Shown: positions 27,777-37,625 of the stretch, piece by piece
Position numbering within the stretch: position 1 is the first letter of the stretch
How the letters are laid out: each line of letters starts with the position of its first letter
Origin: a virus
Lineage: Duplodnaviria; Caudoviricetes
Strand: one strand, 5' to 3'
IMG/VR virus record: IMGVR_UViG_3300011189_000013
Coordinates: 1-53,991 of that record
Length of the DNA stretch: 53,991 nt
The notes under the pieces: model-generated
Told to the model about the DNA's origin: nothing
Seen by the model: the letters and a program-made list of their open reading frames with translations, nothing else
The model's database searches: none
Program-made: the position numbers and the translations under genes

Positions 27777-27838
27777 TTAAAAAACCCCCGGCTCTTGCGA
27801 ACCGGGGGTCAATAAAACCCTGTTATTTCAAGGGTTTA
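27777..27838 (-). terminator. Tandem hairpins / intrinsic terminator after the major capsid gene
   Basis: AAACCC..GGGTTT hairpin, then CCCCCGG..CCGGGGG hairpin followed by a T6 run on the minus strand. Confidence 0.8.
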
Positions 27839-27841
27839 TGC

Positions 27842-28729
27842 TTATCGCTGTACGACAAGTCGGACAAGGGCACGAGGATTAAACGCTCCGATACCTAAGT
27901 TTTCGAAGCAGGAAAAACCTATCATTCTAGCTCGCGGATTGTCCGCGCTAAGAACGGTCAACTCAGTTCGGACGGGGATACGTCCAAACATCTCGGGCTC
28001 GCCACATACGTAGACGAATCCGGCGGGAACCAAACGGCTGGTGATGATCTGAGCACCCCAAAGGGTGGATTGCAGACCAGTTTTCAGCAATTCGGCTTGG
28101 CTGTTCACATCCAAGATTTCACGGCCAAACTTACGAATGTCCGCGTAATCTTTAGCGTTCATGTAGATACGAGCAACACGAAGGTCGTGTCGTTCGATCT
28201 CAGCAAACGCATCGGCAAGTACAGCCGAGGAAATGGGGGCAACTACCTGAAGATCAGGGTTGACGCTACCGGGAACGGAATCGAATCCGTTTGTCGCAAT
28301 CGAATCAAGTACGGCAAAGACACGTTCATCTTCGGCGGCTTGAATGGCTGCCTGCGCAAGCTGCTGCGATCGAGCAATGAGGTCGAAACGACGCTCTTTG
28401 ATCTGAGTGATCGGGATCTCCGGGTTCGAGGCAATCTCGAACAAGGGGAAGATCACACGCTTTGGCTTCTGCACGGCAAGGATATTTTCACCCTCTTCAC
28501 CAACCACATAGGCGGTGACGTCGGGATCTTTGTCGTACACGGGCAGCGCTCCGTCAGGAAGCTGCTCTACGAGGAAGGTACGGCGTCCTACAGCAGAATA
28601 ATCTCTGCGGGATCGAAGCGGTTGAGTCATCGAAGCTGCCAATCTCGCTCGCCCTGCGGCGCTCGCGATGTGACGGCTGATAAGCTCTTGCTTTGCCGCG
28701 TTGTCTAGCTGGGTTGTTTGGTCAGACAT
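27842..28729 (-). CDS. Major capsid protein (HK97 fold)
   Basis: Position after protease, scaffold and decoration genes; AYVVGEEG E-loop, AAEDERVF, IYMNAKDYADI, LWGAQIITSRLVP, GAFNPRALVRL; AAGGAG RBS; terminator downstream. Confidence 0.88.
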   Translation of the reverse strand: MSDQTTQLDNAAKQELISRHIASAAGRARLAASMTQPLRSRRDYSAVGRRTFLVEQLPDGALPVYDKDPDVTAYVVGEEGENILAVQKPKRVIFPLFEIASNPEIPITQIKERRFDLIARSQQLAQAAIQAAEDERVFAVLDSIATNGFDSVPGSVNPDLQVVAPISSAVLADAFAEIERHDLRVARIYMNAKDYADIRKFGREILDVNSQAELLKTGLQSTLWGAQIITSRLVPAGFVYVCGEPEMFGRIPVRTELTVLSADNPRARMIGFSCFENLGIGAFNPRALVRLVVQR

Positions 28730-28752
28730 ATTCAGTCTCCTTTGGTTGGCAC

Positions 28753-29352
28753 TTAGATGCGCTGGTCGTAGACCATCTCAGCGTGAACGGAATCCGGCGC
28801 GATCTTGAGGACACCGATAACAATTGCGTCTGCTGCTCCACCAACTGTGTTGTCGTCAATTGCAAGATTGGTTAGGTAGCCATTGACACTGGCATACAGG
28901 GAATCACCAACCGCATAAGTGAGAGCATTACCTACGCCTGTTCCAGCAACAATGCTTGTCTCATAGAGACGGTTGCCGTAGGTTCCCTGACCAGACATGT
29001 ACGGGCCTTGTCCAGAAGCAGGACCGGGCGTATTTTCATACGCATTACCTGCGGCGTCATTGATGAAGACACCAAGGGGAACGATTCCAGCGCCTGCATC
29101 GGCGGGGCCTCCGACCATACCGTTACCAGCGTCGGGACGAGTGAAACATACGGACCCACCTAGAACTCCACGTTTGGGAGCGGATGGAAGGGTTTCCGTT
29201 ACATTAGTTGTGGGTAGAGCGGGTGGATTCGTTTGGACGAATGCATCCGTTGTGAGTTTAGCACCTGCTGTGTTTCGGATCCCTACATACATGATCCGTA
29301 GCGCAGAGGAGCTTTCGGTGAAATCACCGCTTGCTTGTCCGGGAAGAGCCAT
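28753..29352 (-). CDS. Putative head decoration/cement protein
   Basis: Immediately upstream of MCP; PLGVFIND, YAVGDSLYAS.NG.LT, IGV pattern of beta-tulip decoration proteins. Confidence 0.65.
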   Translation of the reverse strand: MALPGQASGDFTESSSALRIMYVGIRNTAGAKLTTDAFVQTNPPALPTTNVTETLPSAPKRGVLGGSVCFTRPDAGNGMVGGPADAGAGIVPLGVFINDAAGNAYENTPGPASGQGPYMSGQGTYGNRLYETSIVAGTGVGNALTYAVGDSLYASVNGYLTNLAIDDNTVGGAADAIVIGVLKIAPDSVHAEMVYDQRI

Positions 29353-29425
29353 TATAGCCTCCTAAAGAGTTTGCTTGATTGATTGACGACGAACTTCAAA
29401 TAAGTGAAAGCGGAGTCGTCTCCAA

Positions 29426-29446
29426 GGGGCCTCCAAAAGAGGCCCC
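29426..29446. other. GC-rich hairpin between scaffold and decoration genes
   Basis: GGGGCCTC-CAAAA-GAGGCCCC; no U-tract. Confidence 0.6.
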
Positions 29447-29453
29447 GTCCATC

Positions 29454-30467
29454 TTACGAAAAGACGTTGGAAACGTCGGGAGCACTGTCCCACAGACCTG
29501 AAAGTGGATCTGTAGCTGTGGAACCTGCTTCTTTCACCCGCCCAAGTTGATTGACTTTTTTGCGAATGTTAGCCTGTCGGCTATTCTGTGTAGCTTCAAC
29601 CCCGTAGTTCTGGTTCATAAGAGATTGCAATGCATCATCGCTCTCTTCCAGAAGCGCTTCGTGGTCTAGGAGATCGAGCTGGGGCTCCATATCGATACCC
29701 AATTCTGCGGTACCCATGTCGCCACCCATATCGGTTTCCATATCAGCGAGCATAGCGTCAAGATCTTCGTCCAGATATGCACTGGCTTCTTTGTCGCTTT
29801 CTTCGCCATCTTCCTCTTTGGCATCGTCGCCATCTTCATCGGCGTCGTCACCAGCTTCTTTGGCTTCATCTTCGTCGTCTTCATCGTCTTCGTCGTCGCC
29901 ATCTTCTTTGGCTTCATCTTCCTCTTCCTCTTCGCCTTCTTCTGCTTTCATAATTCGAAGCATTTCAGCGGAGCTTAGTTTGGAAGCCTCTTTCTCCTCT
30001 TCCTCTTCCTCTTCTTCCTCTTCCGAGGCAAGAACACCAAGATCTGTAAGGCGGATCGATGTGTCCATTACAGACTCATCGGGAAGGGGCATTAGATCGA
30101 GAGCTTGTGCCGCGATAACATCTTCGCCTGCACCGGGAAGAAGTGCTTCTGCGATGCGGACACATTGAAGAGCCTTTTTCTCGAAATGCTGCTCCATTTT
30201 CGCAATCTGCATTCTGGCCTCACGGACAGAACGAGCACTACGATTCTCGGGCAACATTTCGGGCATTCCGATCTCATTCCGGTCAGTACCGTCCATGTGG
30301 GACAGATCATCAACGGGATCTTCAGCCCATTCGGAAGGATCTCCTACCATATACTCCTCAACGGGTACATGAGTTCGATCCTGATTCATTGTATAGGGGT
30401 CAGCCGTTTTGCGGTTACGGCGCTTGGATTCTTTGGTCTTCCAAGATAGACGCTTTCTTCTACTCAT
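29454..30467 (-). CDS. Putative capsid scaffolding protein, extremely acidic
   Basis: Between protease and MCP; poly-E/D tracts; repeated KEA/KTA/REA/RQA; GGAGG RBS. Confidence 0.65.
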   Translation of the reverse strand: MSRRKRLSWKTKESKRRNRKTADPYTMNQDRTHVPVEEYMVGDPSEWAEDPVDDLSHMDGTDRNEIGMPEMLPENRSARSVREARMQIAKMEQHFEKKALQCVRIAEALLPGAGEDVIAAQALDLMPLPDESVMDTSIRLTDLGVLASEEEEEEEEEEKEASKLSSAEMLRIMKAEEGEEEEEDEAKEDGDDEDDEDDEDEAKEAGDDADEDGDDAKEEDGEESDKEASAYLDEDLDAMLADMETDMGGDMGTAELGIDMEPQLDLLDHEALLEESDDALQSLMNQNYGVEATQNSRQANIRKKVNQLGRVKEAGSTATDPLSGLWDSAPDVSNVFS

Positions 30468-30661
30468 TGATGGAACCTCCAGTAAACTTTTCCGGTGCCG
30501 GTTTGCGATATCTTCTTATCTTTCTAAACTGTCTTACACATGTCTCTGTGAAGACATAAATTGCAGTCAGATGGGCTCCATCATAATGAGATGAAACACA
30601 CCCCTGTACAGACGTGCTAATACACCCCCTCTATAAGTGCATTATTAAAGAAAAGGGCATA

Positions 30662-32185
30662 TTAATTGAGTATTTTTGCTCTTTCGAGCAATATAACAGC
30701 TTCTCCACGTGATAGTTTTTTACCCATCTGTTTTGAACAAGCCACTAAAAAGCGCCGTAGAGACCCGTACTTCTTAGCCGACCCTATTTTTTGCAAACAT
30801 ACATACATGTTTGTAGGAAGGGTTTCTTTTTTACCATCCCGATCATGAATATACATGGCCGTTATGATGTCCCTATTGGATAGAGTATGCTTATGAGCAA
30901 GAAATAGGTTGTTGCTCTCCAGTAAGCTTAATACGTCGAAAACGGGTTTCGTTTTCTCGCCAAGTTCACGTGCATACCGGGAAGCAAAAATCTGATACGA
31001 CTTGTGAATGGAATCATTAGGTGCAATCTCAGACTCGGGTGTCACCTTTTTAGGCCCACCTTCTTCCCCCAATTCCTCTCGCAAATCCTCTACGAGCTTC
31101 CTTCGTATCTTTTCTTTGATCTCATCGGCCACATCATCAACTAGACCCGGATTCTCTTCCGCCGGAGGAGCTTCTTTTTCCTCTTCCTCTCCCCCTTCAT
31201 CCCAGTTTCCGGACTTCAATGCCTGAGACATTCCAGTTTGAATATCCTGTAGCTGCGAAGCTGTTTTCAAAAAGAACTGAGTCCAATCTTCGGTCGGGGC
31301 CATATTGGATTTAATATGAGCCTCTTGGATCATGTCCTGTAATTTATCATGCTCATAGGGGGTAGGCTCTTTGGTGTTCGTCAAATTGAGGATATTCCTC
31401 ATTACCGCTCCCTTAAAGGCGGGGTTGCCGACCCAAGAGGCTTCGATAAACTTTACAGACTCTGGGTCCGTGTAGTGACCACAAAGTTCTGCAACAACCC
31501 GGATCTTTCCATCGGGTCCTACGAACTTGTTACCCTTCTCATACTTGACATGGTTACACAGTTGGGGCTCATCAATCGCCTGATTTCCACACTTGGTGCA
31601 GATGGAATACGAGATCGTGCATCCCATAGACAGGGTGTTGAGATCCCCTGATTCGATCCGTGCTACGAGATCTTTGTGTTTACGATCCGTAGCTACTAGA
31701 ATGTCTACATACACCGTTTCGCCCAGATCACGAGCCACAGCGTCTATGATTTTACCCTTAGACAGCTCCGGGATCTGGATGTGCTCTACATAGTTCTCCG
31801 CCCCAATGAAAGTCTTATAGGTAGCTAGGAGAAGCTTCCTCTCCCAAGCATCCCCATTCTGATTGATATATTTGGAGCAGTCAGGCTTGATGAGATAATC
31901 AGCATGTGGCCGATTAACCTTACTACCATCTGCGATAACCACATCACTACCGGTCTTACCTGACGTATCTTCTACGTCGACAGAAGCGATAATAGTACAG
32001 TGAGTAAGAAGGTACTTGTCCGGGCTGTAATTCTCAATAGTAATAGAAGACGCACGGTTGGCGAAATCTACACTACCCAGCCCAGCATGGGCCATCTTCC
32101 TTCGATAGGAATTCCATCCGTCAAGTCCTACACGGGGTGTTTGTACAACAGCTTTAGCAAACTTGGAAAAGGCCATTTGGGCCAC
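30662..32185 (-). CDS. Prohead protease (HK97/assemblin-like) with zinc finger
   Basis: NQNGD, YVEH, GKIIDA, LSMGC, CTKCG..CNH, FIEASWVGNPAF. Confidence 0.8.
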   Translation of the reverse strand: MAQMAFSKFAKAVVQTPRVGLDGWNSYRRKMAHAGLGSVDFANRASSITIENYSPDKYLLTHCTIIASVDVEDTSGKTGSDVVIADGSKVNRPHADYLIKPDCSKYINQNGDAWERKLLLATYKTFIGAENYVEHIQIPELSKGKIIDAVARDLGETVYVDILVATDRKHKDLVARIESGDLNTLSMGCTISYSICTKCGNQAIDEPQLCNHVKYEKGNKFVGPDGKIRVVAELCGHYTDPESVKFIEASWVGNPAFKGAVMRNILNLTNTKEPTPYEHDKLQDMIQEAHIKSNMAPTEDWTQFFLKTASQLQDIQTGMSQALKSGNWDEGGEEEEKEAPPAEENPGLVDDVADEIKEKIRRKLVEDLREELGEEGGPKKVTPESEIAPNDSIHKSYQIFASRYARELGEKTKPVFDVLSLLESNNLFLAHKHTLSNRDIITAMYIHDRDGKKETLPTNMYVCLQKIGSAKKYGSLRRFLVACSKQMGKKLSRGEAVILLERAKILN

Positions 32186-32200
32186 CTATCTCAGTTAAAA

Positions 32201-32686
32201 TTATAGCCATTCATTGAAGGCTTCAGAAGGGTCCTTAATAACAGGATCCCATCCGTATTGTTCTGCCGCCTCTTCTTGTTCATCCTGTCCCATAGAATCG
32301 AGAATATCTCCGGGAGCGATCAGGAACAAACAGTCTGGACAGGCATATAGCTTCGTCCATTTTTTATAGATGGTTTTTTTAAGTTCTGTCTTACATCTTG
32401 GACAGTGAAACTCACCGCAGTCCAGCTCTGACTTAGAGGGGCAATACTGGCGACCTTTGTCTTTCCAGTACATCGCCTCTCGTACCTCATTTGAATTGCT
32501 ATAAGCTACTGTGATGGCAGCCTTCACTTCAAAGTCAGAAAAATTAGGGCGGTGGTGATCATACAGCATCTCATATGCGTCCATCTCCGCGATCCCACGA
32601 TCACAGAAATGACTTGCATCCCTATACAACGGATAGATTCTTTTTTGGTATTTTGAAGCTACGAGATTTTTCATTTTATCACCCAT
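32201..32686 (-). CDS. Zinc-ribbon protein
   Basis: CPRCK...YACPDC; start reassigned to ATG 32686. Confidence 0.6.
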   Translation of the reverse strand: MGDKMKNLVASKYQKRIYPLYRDASHFCDRGIAEMDAYEMLYDHHRPNFSDFEVKAAITVAYSNSNEVREAMYWKDKGRQYCPSKSELDCGEFHCPRCKTELKKTIYKKWTKLYACPDCLFLIAPGDILDSMGQDEQEEAAEQYGWDPVIKDPSEAFNEWL

Positions 32687-33311
32687 TGATTGTCTCCAAA
32701 CGGTTTCTGCGCCACTCTTCAAAATCCTCAGACTCAAAATGAGTCAGGGGATATAGCGCTTGAATAAGCATGTTGCCGGGAGTAAGGTGATTATCTCGAT
32801 CAGAGTAGGCCATAAAAGAGACGTCGTGTAGCTCTTCCTTAATAACTACGGGCCTCCTGACATCTACTCTAAAGCGGAAAAGCCCTTCGGTTGGTTGCGC
32901 AAACAGAGAGGCCCTTGCATCCTTTACTTCTGTGGCTATTATAAACTCAGGTGATACCCACTCTTCTGGGTTTGGAGACAATAATCGAGGACGGTAGGTA
33001 AGAACTTCTAGCCCATAAGGCTCTAACTCCCTTACCGCCCCCGACAAAAATGCCTGAAATTTTTGAGCGGCTTCTTTCATCACTCTAAAAATTCTATCAT
33101 TGAGCTGTTTAAAATCACTCAATGCCTGAGCGTGGTTTTCAACCCCACTATCCCAGCGGGGATCCTCTTCATCTACAACCCAATCAACGTCCGTACGTTC
33201 CCGTACAAGACGAGTAATATGCTGCTCTTCATCAAAGACTACTGTCCCTAACGTAGTAGACTGTCCTACTACCTCACGAGAAGAAGCTGGAGTTGTAGAA
33301 AAAAGAGGCAC
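32679..33311 (-). CDS. Hypothetical protein
   Basis: ORF in head operon. Confidence 0.55.
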   Translation of the reverse strand: MPLFSTTPASSREVVGQSTTLGTVVFDEEQHITRLVRERTDVDWVVDEEDPRWDSGVENHAQALSDFKQLNDRIFRVMKEAAQKFQAFLSGAVRELEPYGLEVLTYRPRLLSPNPEEWVSPEFIIATEVKDARASLFAQPTEGLFRFRVDVRRPVVIKEELHDVSFMAYSDRDNHLTPGNMLIQALYPLTHFESEDFEEWRRNRLETING

Positions 33312-33323
33312 AAGGCACCTACC

Positions 33324-33785
33324 TTATCGTTGGCCCCGAGTGTACCAATTGCTTTCGCTGGCGGATCTAGTAGACCGGGTATACCAGTTATCTTCTCCAC
33401 TGGCAGAAACGTCCCAGTCACCATCATTTACAGGGGACAGATCATTATCGTCCATAATCTGTAAGGGATCGTTCTCAAACTGACGCATATAAGGCTCATC
33501 TGCGTCCATCTGGTGAGGCTGGTGAGGACTATCAAACGTATCCATGTACTGCTCGTCCATATCACGCTGGAGCGTAGCAGCGTCTACCTCTTCATCTTCG
33601 TCTTCCTGCTCATCACCGTGATCCTCAGAGGATCTTTCAAGTAGATCAGAAGTCTGATCCAAATAGAGACAAAAGTTGTACGCCTCTTTTTCAGACAGAC
33701 CAATTTCTGCATAACGACTCTCAACATGATTTGAGATCTTGTCTAGACGTCTTGTGAGGGCTTGTGCTTGTTTACGATTCAACAT
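33324..33785 (-). CDS. Acidic protein with internal peptide repeats
   Basis: DMDEQYMDTF/DADEPYMRQF and SASGEDNWYTR/SASESNWYTR; ATG 33785 with GGAG RBS. Confidence 0.65.
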   Translation of the reverse strand: MLNRKQAQALTRRLDKISNHVESRYAEIGLSEKEAYNFCLYLDQTSDLLERSSEDHGDEQEDEDEEVDAATLQRDMDEQYMDTFDSPHQPHQMDADEPYMRQFENDPLQIMDDNDLSPVNDGDWDVSASGEDNWYTRSTRSASESNWYTRGQR

Positions 33786-33860
33786 ATCAATCTCCCTAAT
33801 GGGGGTTAAACGGGTTATGACCAAGTGAAATGGGATTGCTCCACGCTACTGGTCACGAAG

Positions 33861-33877
33861 TATAAAAGGATTAGCGA
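33861..33877 (-). promoter_or_regulatory. Putative late promoter motif
   Basis: Minus strand TCGCTAATCCTTTTATA; overlaps the upstream stop codon. Confidence 0.7.
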
Positions 33878-35478
33878 CTAACCTGAGACAAACCTGCTTT
33901 CTGGAAGGCACTTTGAATGCCTGCCTGTACTGCACGAGCATTATCAACATGACTCATTTTCGATCCCATATCAGACATCCAATCAAAAAAGGTATCCCAA
34001 AAAGGCTTGGCATGGGAATTTTCGGGGGATGTCAAGTCGAAACCTTGATCCTGTAGATCTTTGAGCGCTTTATCTCTATATGCCAACAATGAACCTTTAT
34101 CGAACATGCTATTTGTATCATCATCATGAAACCTAACCTGCTCGAAAGTCCCCCTAACGCTCAGGTCTTCACGAAGGGAGTCTACAAACGATCTGCGTTC
34201 CCTATCCGTAATAGACACCTCGTCAGGGTTGTCTCCCTCTCCAAAACTAAAATGCATTCGGTACAGGGGCTCATCTTTTACCAACTGAGCCAAATCAGCG
34301 GAGCTAAGAGATTCGACTTTACCTACAAAATCTCCTATCTCCTGCGGGTTGGTAAAATCATATTCGCCGGGGTCAAGGTCCTTTAGGGCCTCAGAATCTG
34401 AATCTCTAATGCCAATCAGTAGCCTATCTGCCGTTGAATTTTTATCCAACATTTTACGATCTCTTACATCTTCTAATACAGAAGCCATCTCTTTTAGATA
34501 GGCTCCCTTTTTAGAATCAGGATCTACCTTTTCCAGTAAATCCTGTGTCTTAGTAAGCTGACCTCCCACGGTATTTAGGGGGGAGAACATAGAGGACTGG
34601 TACCAGTCTTTTTTCTTTTTCTGGAGATCCCGAGCGTCGTCCTCCCCAAAAGCACCATCTGGGTCTTCAATGTCTAGTAGCTCCTCGGGGCTATCTACTT
34701 CCCGAAGATCCACAGTTCTGACCGCAGCGGAAGAGTCCTCATACACCTCCATAATTGACTGAAAATAATCTCGATCTCGATCATTACCCGCCATCATAGC
34801 CATATGCTTATCTGTCTCCAGCTCAAACATATTCTGACTATAATCCAGTGCGTCCCAGCTCTTGATCTGTTTTTTGAGACTCTCTACAGCTTTTTCTCCC
34901 AGCTCCCCCTTAAACTTTGAGGAATCAGGCATATCAGGAGGTAAAGGCTTCTTACGCTCTTGGATAATTTTCATCGCCGCATCGCGCTCTTCCTCAGTAC
35001 CGTTCTCCGCCGCATCATAAAGAGCCTCGGTTTCAAGCTCTCTACTAACCTCACCAGAAGGTTCCTTTTTCTTGGGGGCAGGTTTGGGAGCAGGTTCAGA
35101 TTCCTTTTTAGGCTTTTTAGTAGGCTCAGGGGCTTTGTTTAATACCTTGTCAGAGGACTCACCGTCGATGGTGTGGTTAGAAGGGTCGGCGTCAGGGTGT
35201 TCCTCCATATATCCCTTGAAAGCGGGCTCAGAAGGGAAATCCATAGCTCTCTTCATATAAGTAGAGGCTACATACATTGCCATGACTACGGTCCCACCAA
35301 TGTCTTTGTAGTTCATTGATAGATCCTTATCATCCTTATCTACATCCTCATCCTCCAAACGGATCCTCTCCCTCTCTTTGTCAGGGCGGGGGGCCTTTTC
35401 AGTTGGAGATTTCCGAACGAGGCGCTCCACCTCTTCCTCTTCCTTCTCCGAAGGATCTTTTTTCGATAAGATTACCAT
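33871..35478 (-). CDS. Acidic hypothetical head-associated protein
   Basis: Follows portal; YVASTYMKRA motif; Pro/Lys linker. Confidence 0.6.
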   Translation of the reverse strand: MVILSKKDPSEKEEEEVERLVRKSPTEKAPRPDKERERIRLEDEDVDKDDKDLSMNYKDIGGTVVMAMYVASTYMKRAMDFPSEPAFKGYMEEHPDADPSNHTIDGESSDKVLNKAPEPTKKPKKESEPAPKPAPKKKEPSGEVSRELETEALYDAAENGTEEERDAAMKIIQERKKPLPPDMPDSSKFKGELGEKAVESLKKQIKSWDALDYSQNMFELETDKHMAMMAGNDRDRDYFQSIMEVYEDSSAAVRTVDLREVDSPEELLDIEDPDGAFGEDDARDLQKKKKDWYQSSMFSPLNTVGGQLTKTQDLLEKVDPDSKKGAYLKEMASVLEDVRDRKMLDKNSTADRLLIGIRDSDSEALKDLDPGEYDFTNPQEIGDFVGKVESLSSADLAQLVKDEPLYRMHFSFGEGDNPDEVSITDRERRSFVDSLREDLSVRGTFEQVRFHDDDTNSMFDKGSLLAYRDKALKDLQDQGFDLTSPENSHAKPFWDTFFDWMSDMGSKMSHVDNARAVQAGIQSAFQKAGLSQVSR

Positions 35479-37241
35479 CTGCCACCATCATCGTCTTCTG
35501 CGGGTGGGATATACCGCAAGCCAAGGTATTGTACGATTCGTTCGACCATATCCGATCGATCTTTCATTTCCCGACCGACCTCACTATAAGCAGATCGGAT
35601 TATCTCGTTGAACATAGCATCGTTTACTGTCATCAAGTTCCCGCGCAGCCGCTCTTCTACAGCTTGAGGGTCTAGGTTGAACAATTCGAGGATGTAATCG
35701 ACAGACAACGAACCTTTTTGATACAGATTAAACATCGCATCAAAAGTATCTCGGTTATCCCGGAGTGCCAATCGAGTGAAACTAAGACGGGGATATAGAA
35801 GAATGCGGTTATTAAATTCATCGTATTCGAAAAACCCCTTCTTCTCTGCCACCGGCTTAAACAAGTGCTCCTCTACATAAGTCTGTATACGTTCTCTATA
35901 AAGCATATACCGAGTGTTGATCACCTCAATATTGATCTTCTCACCTGCGTACCCATGAGAGTCTCCAGTCAGCATACTTTCAGTCACCCCAAGACCGGCA
36001 AACAACTGCGCATTCGTGATGTCGTACTCTCCCCGGAGATCCAAAAGGCGGTCCCTCGCAGAGATCTCTTCCCAGTTTACGTTGAAGTTCGTGATAATAC
36101 TGTAGTCAGGATCTAACAGTGCCATATCAACCTGCTCCCGGAGATCCTCTACATCGTACTCATCCATATCCTCTGCCCACACCAGACGTTTAGGCGTCAT
36201 AGCTCGGGAAGCAATAGATGTTTGGGTCTGCCTGAGCTTGTCTCGATAAACTAGAGTCCTGAGACATCGCTGGAGTATACTAGTACCGTGATCCTCACCG
36301 GGGGGCTTTTTACGAGACAGTTGAAAGACGAAAGACCCTTCAAAAGGGTCGGTCCCCAGTGGTAGATTCTCTGCATTAGCGATAAATTCGATAATCTCTT
36401 CTGGTACGTCTTCTAGAGATTCCGCAGCTTGTTGATCTCCCATCGCCGCCGCTTGTACCAGCGACTTGATTTTTTCATCGGGTACCAGCTCTACTCGTAT
36501 TTTATTACTATACTGGAACGACTCTATATTCACTTGATCAGGAGGTAGGAGGATAATCCGATCCCACCCTTTGTAGTTGTTCTGCTTATACTGCTCTATC
36601 AGCAAATCAGCATTTTCTCTACGCTCCAAAGTGGTCGTTGTTTCTCCAGTATCAGCATCCCACCGGTTTACCCTCTCAAGGTACACGTATTCTGGGACCT
36701 CCACATCGCTATCTTCCGCAAAGATGAATGCCTCTCCAATCACGTAATACTCACGGGTGGCATCAATCAGGACGTCGAGCAGCCTTGTCCGCTTAGACAT
36801 ATCCTCAAAAAATCGAAGGATCTCCCTGTTGCGATCTGGATTAGACCCTTTCGGAAGCGTCAGCCTCAGTTTTGATAGGGGCAATTCTGTGTGTAGATCA
36901 ATAGCTTGACCGACAAAAGGGTCGTTGTTGTAGAAAAATCGGTAGTAAGATCTCTGTTCTGAAAGAGTCTGAGGAAGTTCTAGGAAATCAGTAGACAGGT
37001 GGGGGCTGTACACATTAGTAGCCGTGCCCATAGCTGCACCACCATTATTAAAAGCTCCCATTCCACTAGACCCTACGGATCCCCCAAAAAAGCCGGTGCT
37101 ACTTGTAATTTTACGACTTTGAGGGCGTATCTTGGAAGTGGTAGCAGATCTTCTGCGGCTCATCATATTTTGTACTTGTGACACACTAGATACGACCACT
37201 GAATCCTCGTCTTGCTCTCGCATTTTACTTCCTATTGGCAT
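35472..37241 (-). CDS. Portal protein
   Basis: After terminase; FYNNDPFVGQAIDLH, YYVIGEAF, HGTSILQR, LFAGLGV..SML, HLFKPVA. Confidence 0.82.
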   Translation of the reverse strand: MPIGSKMREQDEDSVVVSSVSQVQNMMSRRRSATTSKIRPQSRKITSSTGFFGGSVGSSGMGAFNNGGAAMGTATNVYSPHLSTDFLELPQTLSEQRSYYRFFYNNDPFVGQAIDLHTELPLSKLRLTLPKGSNPDRNREILRFFEDMSKRTRLLDVLIDATREYYVIGEAFIFAEDSDVEVPEYVYLERVNRWDADTGETTTTLERRENADLLIEQYKQNNYKGWDRIILLPPDQVNIESFQYSNKIRVELVPDEKIKSLVQAAAMGDQQAAESLEDVPEEIIEFIANAENLPLGTDPFEGSFVFQLSRKKPPGEDHGTSILQRCLRTLVYRDKLRQTQTSIASRAMTPKRLVWAEDMDEYDVEDLREQVDMALLDPDYSIITNFNVNWEEISARDRLLDLRGEYDITNAQLFAGLGVTESMLTGDSHGYAGEKINIEVINTRYMLYRERIQTYVEEHLFKPVAEKKGFFEYDEFNNRILLYPRLSFTRLALRDNRDTFDAMFNLYQKGSLSVDYILELFNLDPQAVEERLRGNLMTVNDAMFNEIIRSAYSEVGREMKDRSDMVERIVQYLGLRYIPPAEDDDGGRW

Positions 37242-37253
37242 TACTTAACTCCA

Positions 37254-37625
37254 TTACTTCTGTAGAAACTTGCCCAAAAGATCCTCTAAAGACTCCCGGA
37301 CCTCACTGGCCTGCCGCATAACGGCTGCGTCTTCATACTCTTGTTCTAATTCACGTTGCTGTATCCGACCTTCAACATCGGGAAGCCTACGTCGTACCAT
37401 CCTAGACATAGGGAAATTATCTACCATACTACGCAATTGACTCAGGTACCTTGCCTCTCTTCTAACCAAACTTTGCAAATCCGAATCATCTTGACATACC
37501 GACTCCAAAGCCTGTGCTGTCCGATTTAGATTACGGATCTGAACCTGAATGTGTCGAATAGACTCATCCATTTCTGATAGATATGATTCAACTTTTGAAA
37601 GGTCACCCATCTCCATGATCTTCAT
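37254..37625 (-). CDS. Coiled-coil hypothetical protein
   Basis: ORF between terminase and portal. Confidence 0.55.
   Translation of the reverse strand: MKIMEMGDLSKVESYLSEMDESIRHIQVQIRNLNRTAQALESVCQDDSDLQSLVRREARYLSQLRSMVDNFPMSRMVRRRLPDVEGRIQQRELEQEYEDAAVMRQASEVRESLEDLLGKFLQK

Noticed and set aside
27842-28729. Encapsulin or contractile injection system instead of a phage
   Set aside because: Terminase, portal, protease, neck and replication genes indicate a genuine tailed phage
29790-30025. TCTTCC/TCGTCT tandem repeats (also 1-22 and 23244-23265)
   Set aside because: They encode poly-E/D or QA tracts; not an array or mobile repeat
30468-30661. tRNA genes in the larger intergenic gaps
   Set aside because: No cloverleaf or T-loop GTTCRA pattern recognised by eye
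4932-33877. TTTTATA motif as an archaeal TATA box (archaeal virus)
   Set aside because: The sigma70 promoter, beta clamp, DnaX and class II nucleotidyltransferase point to a bacterial host
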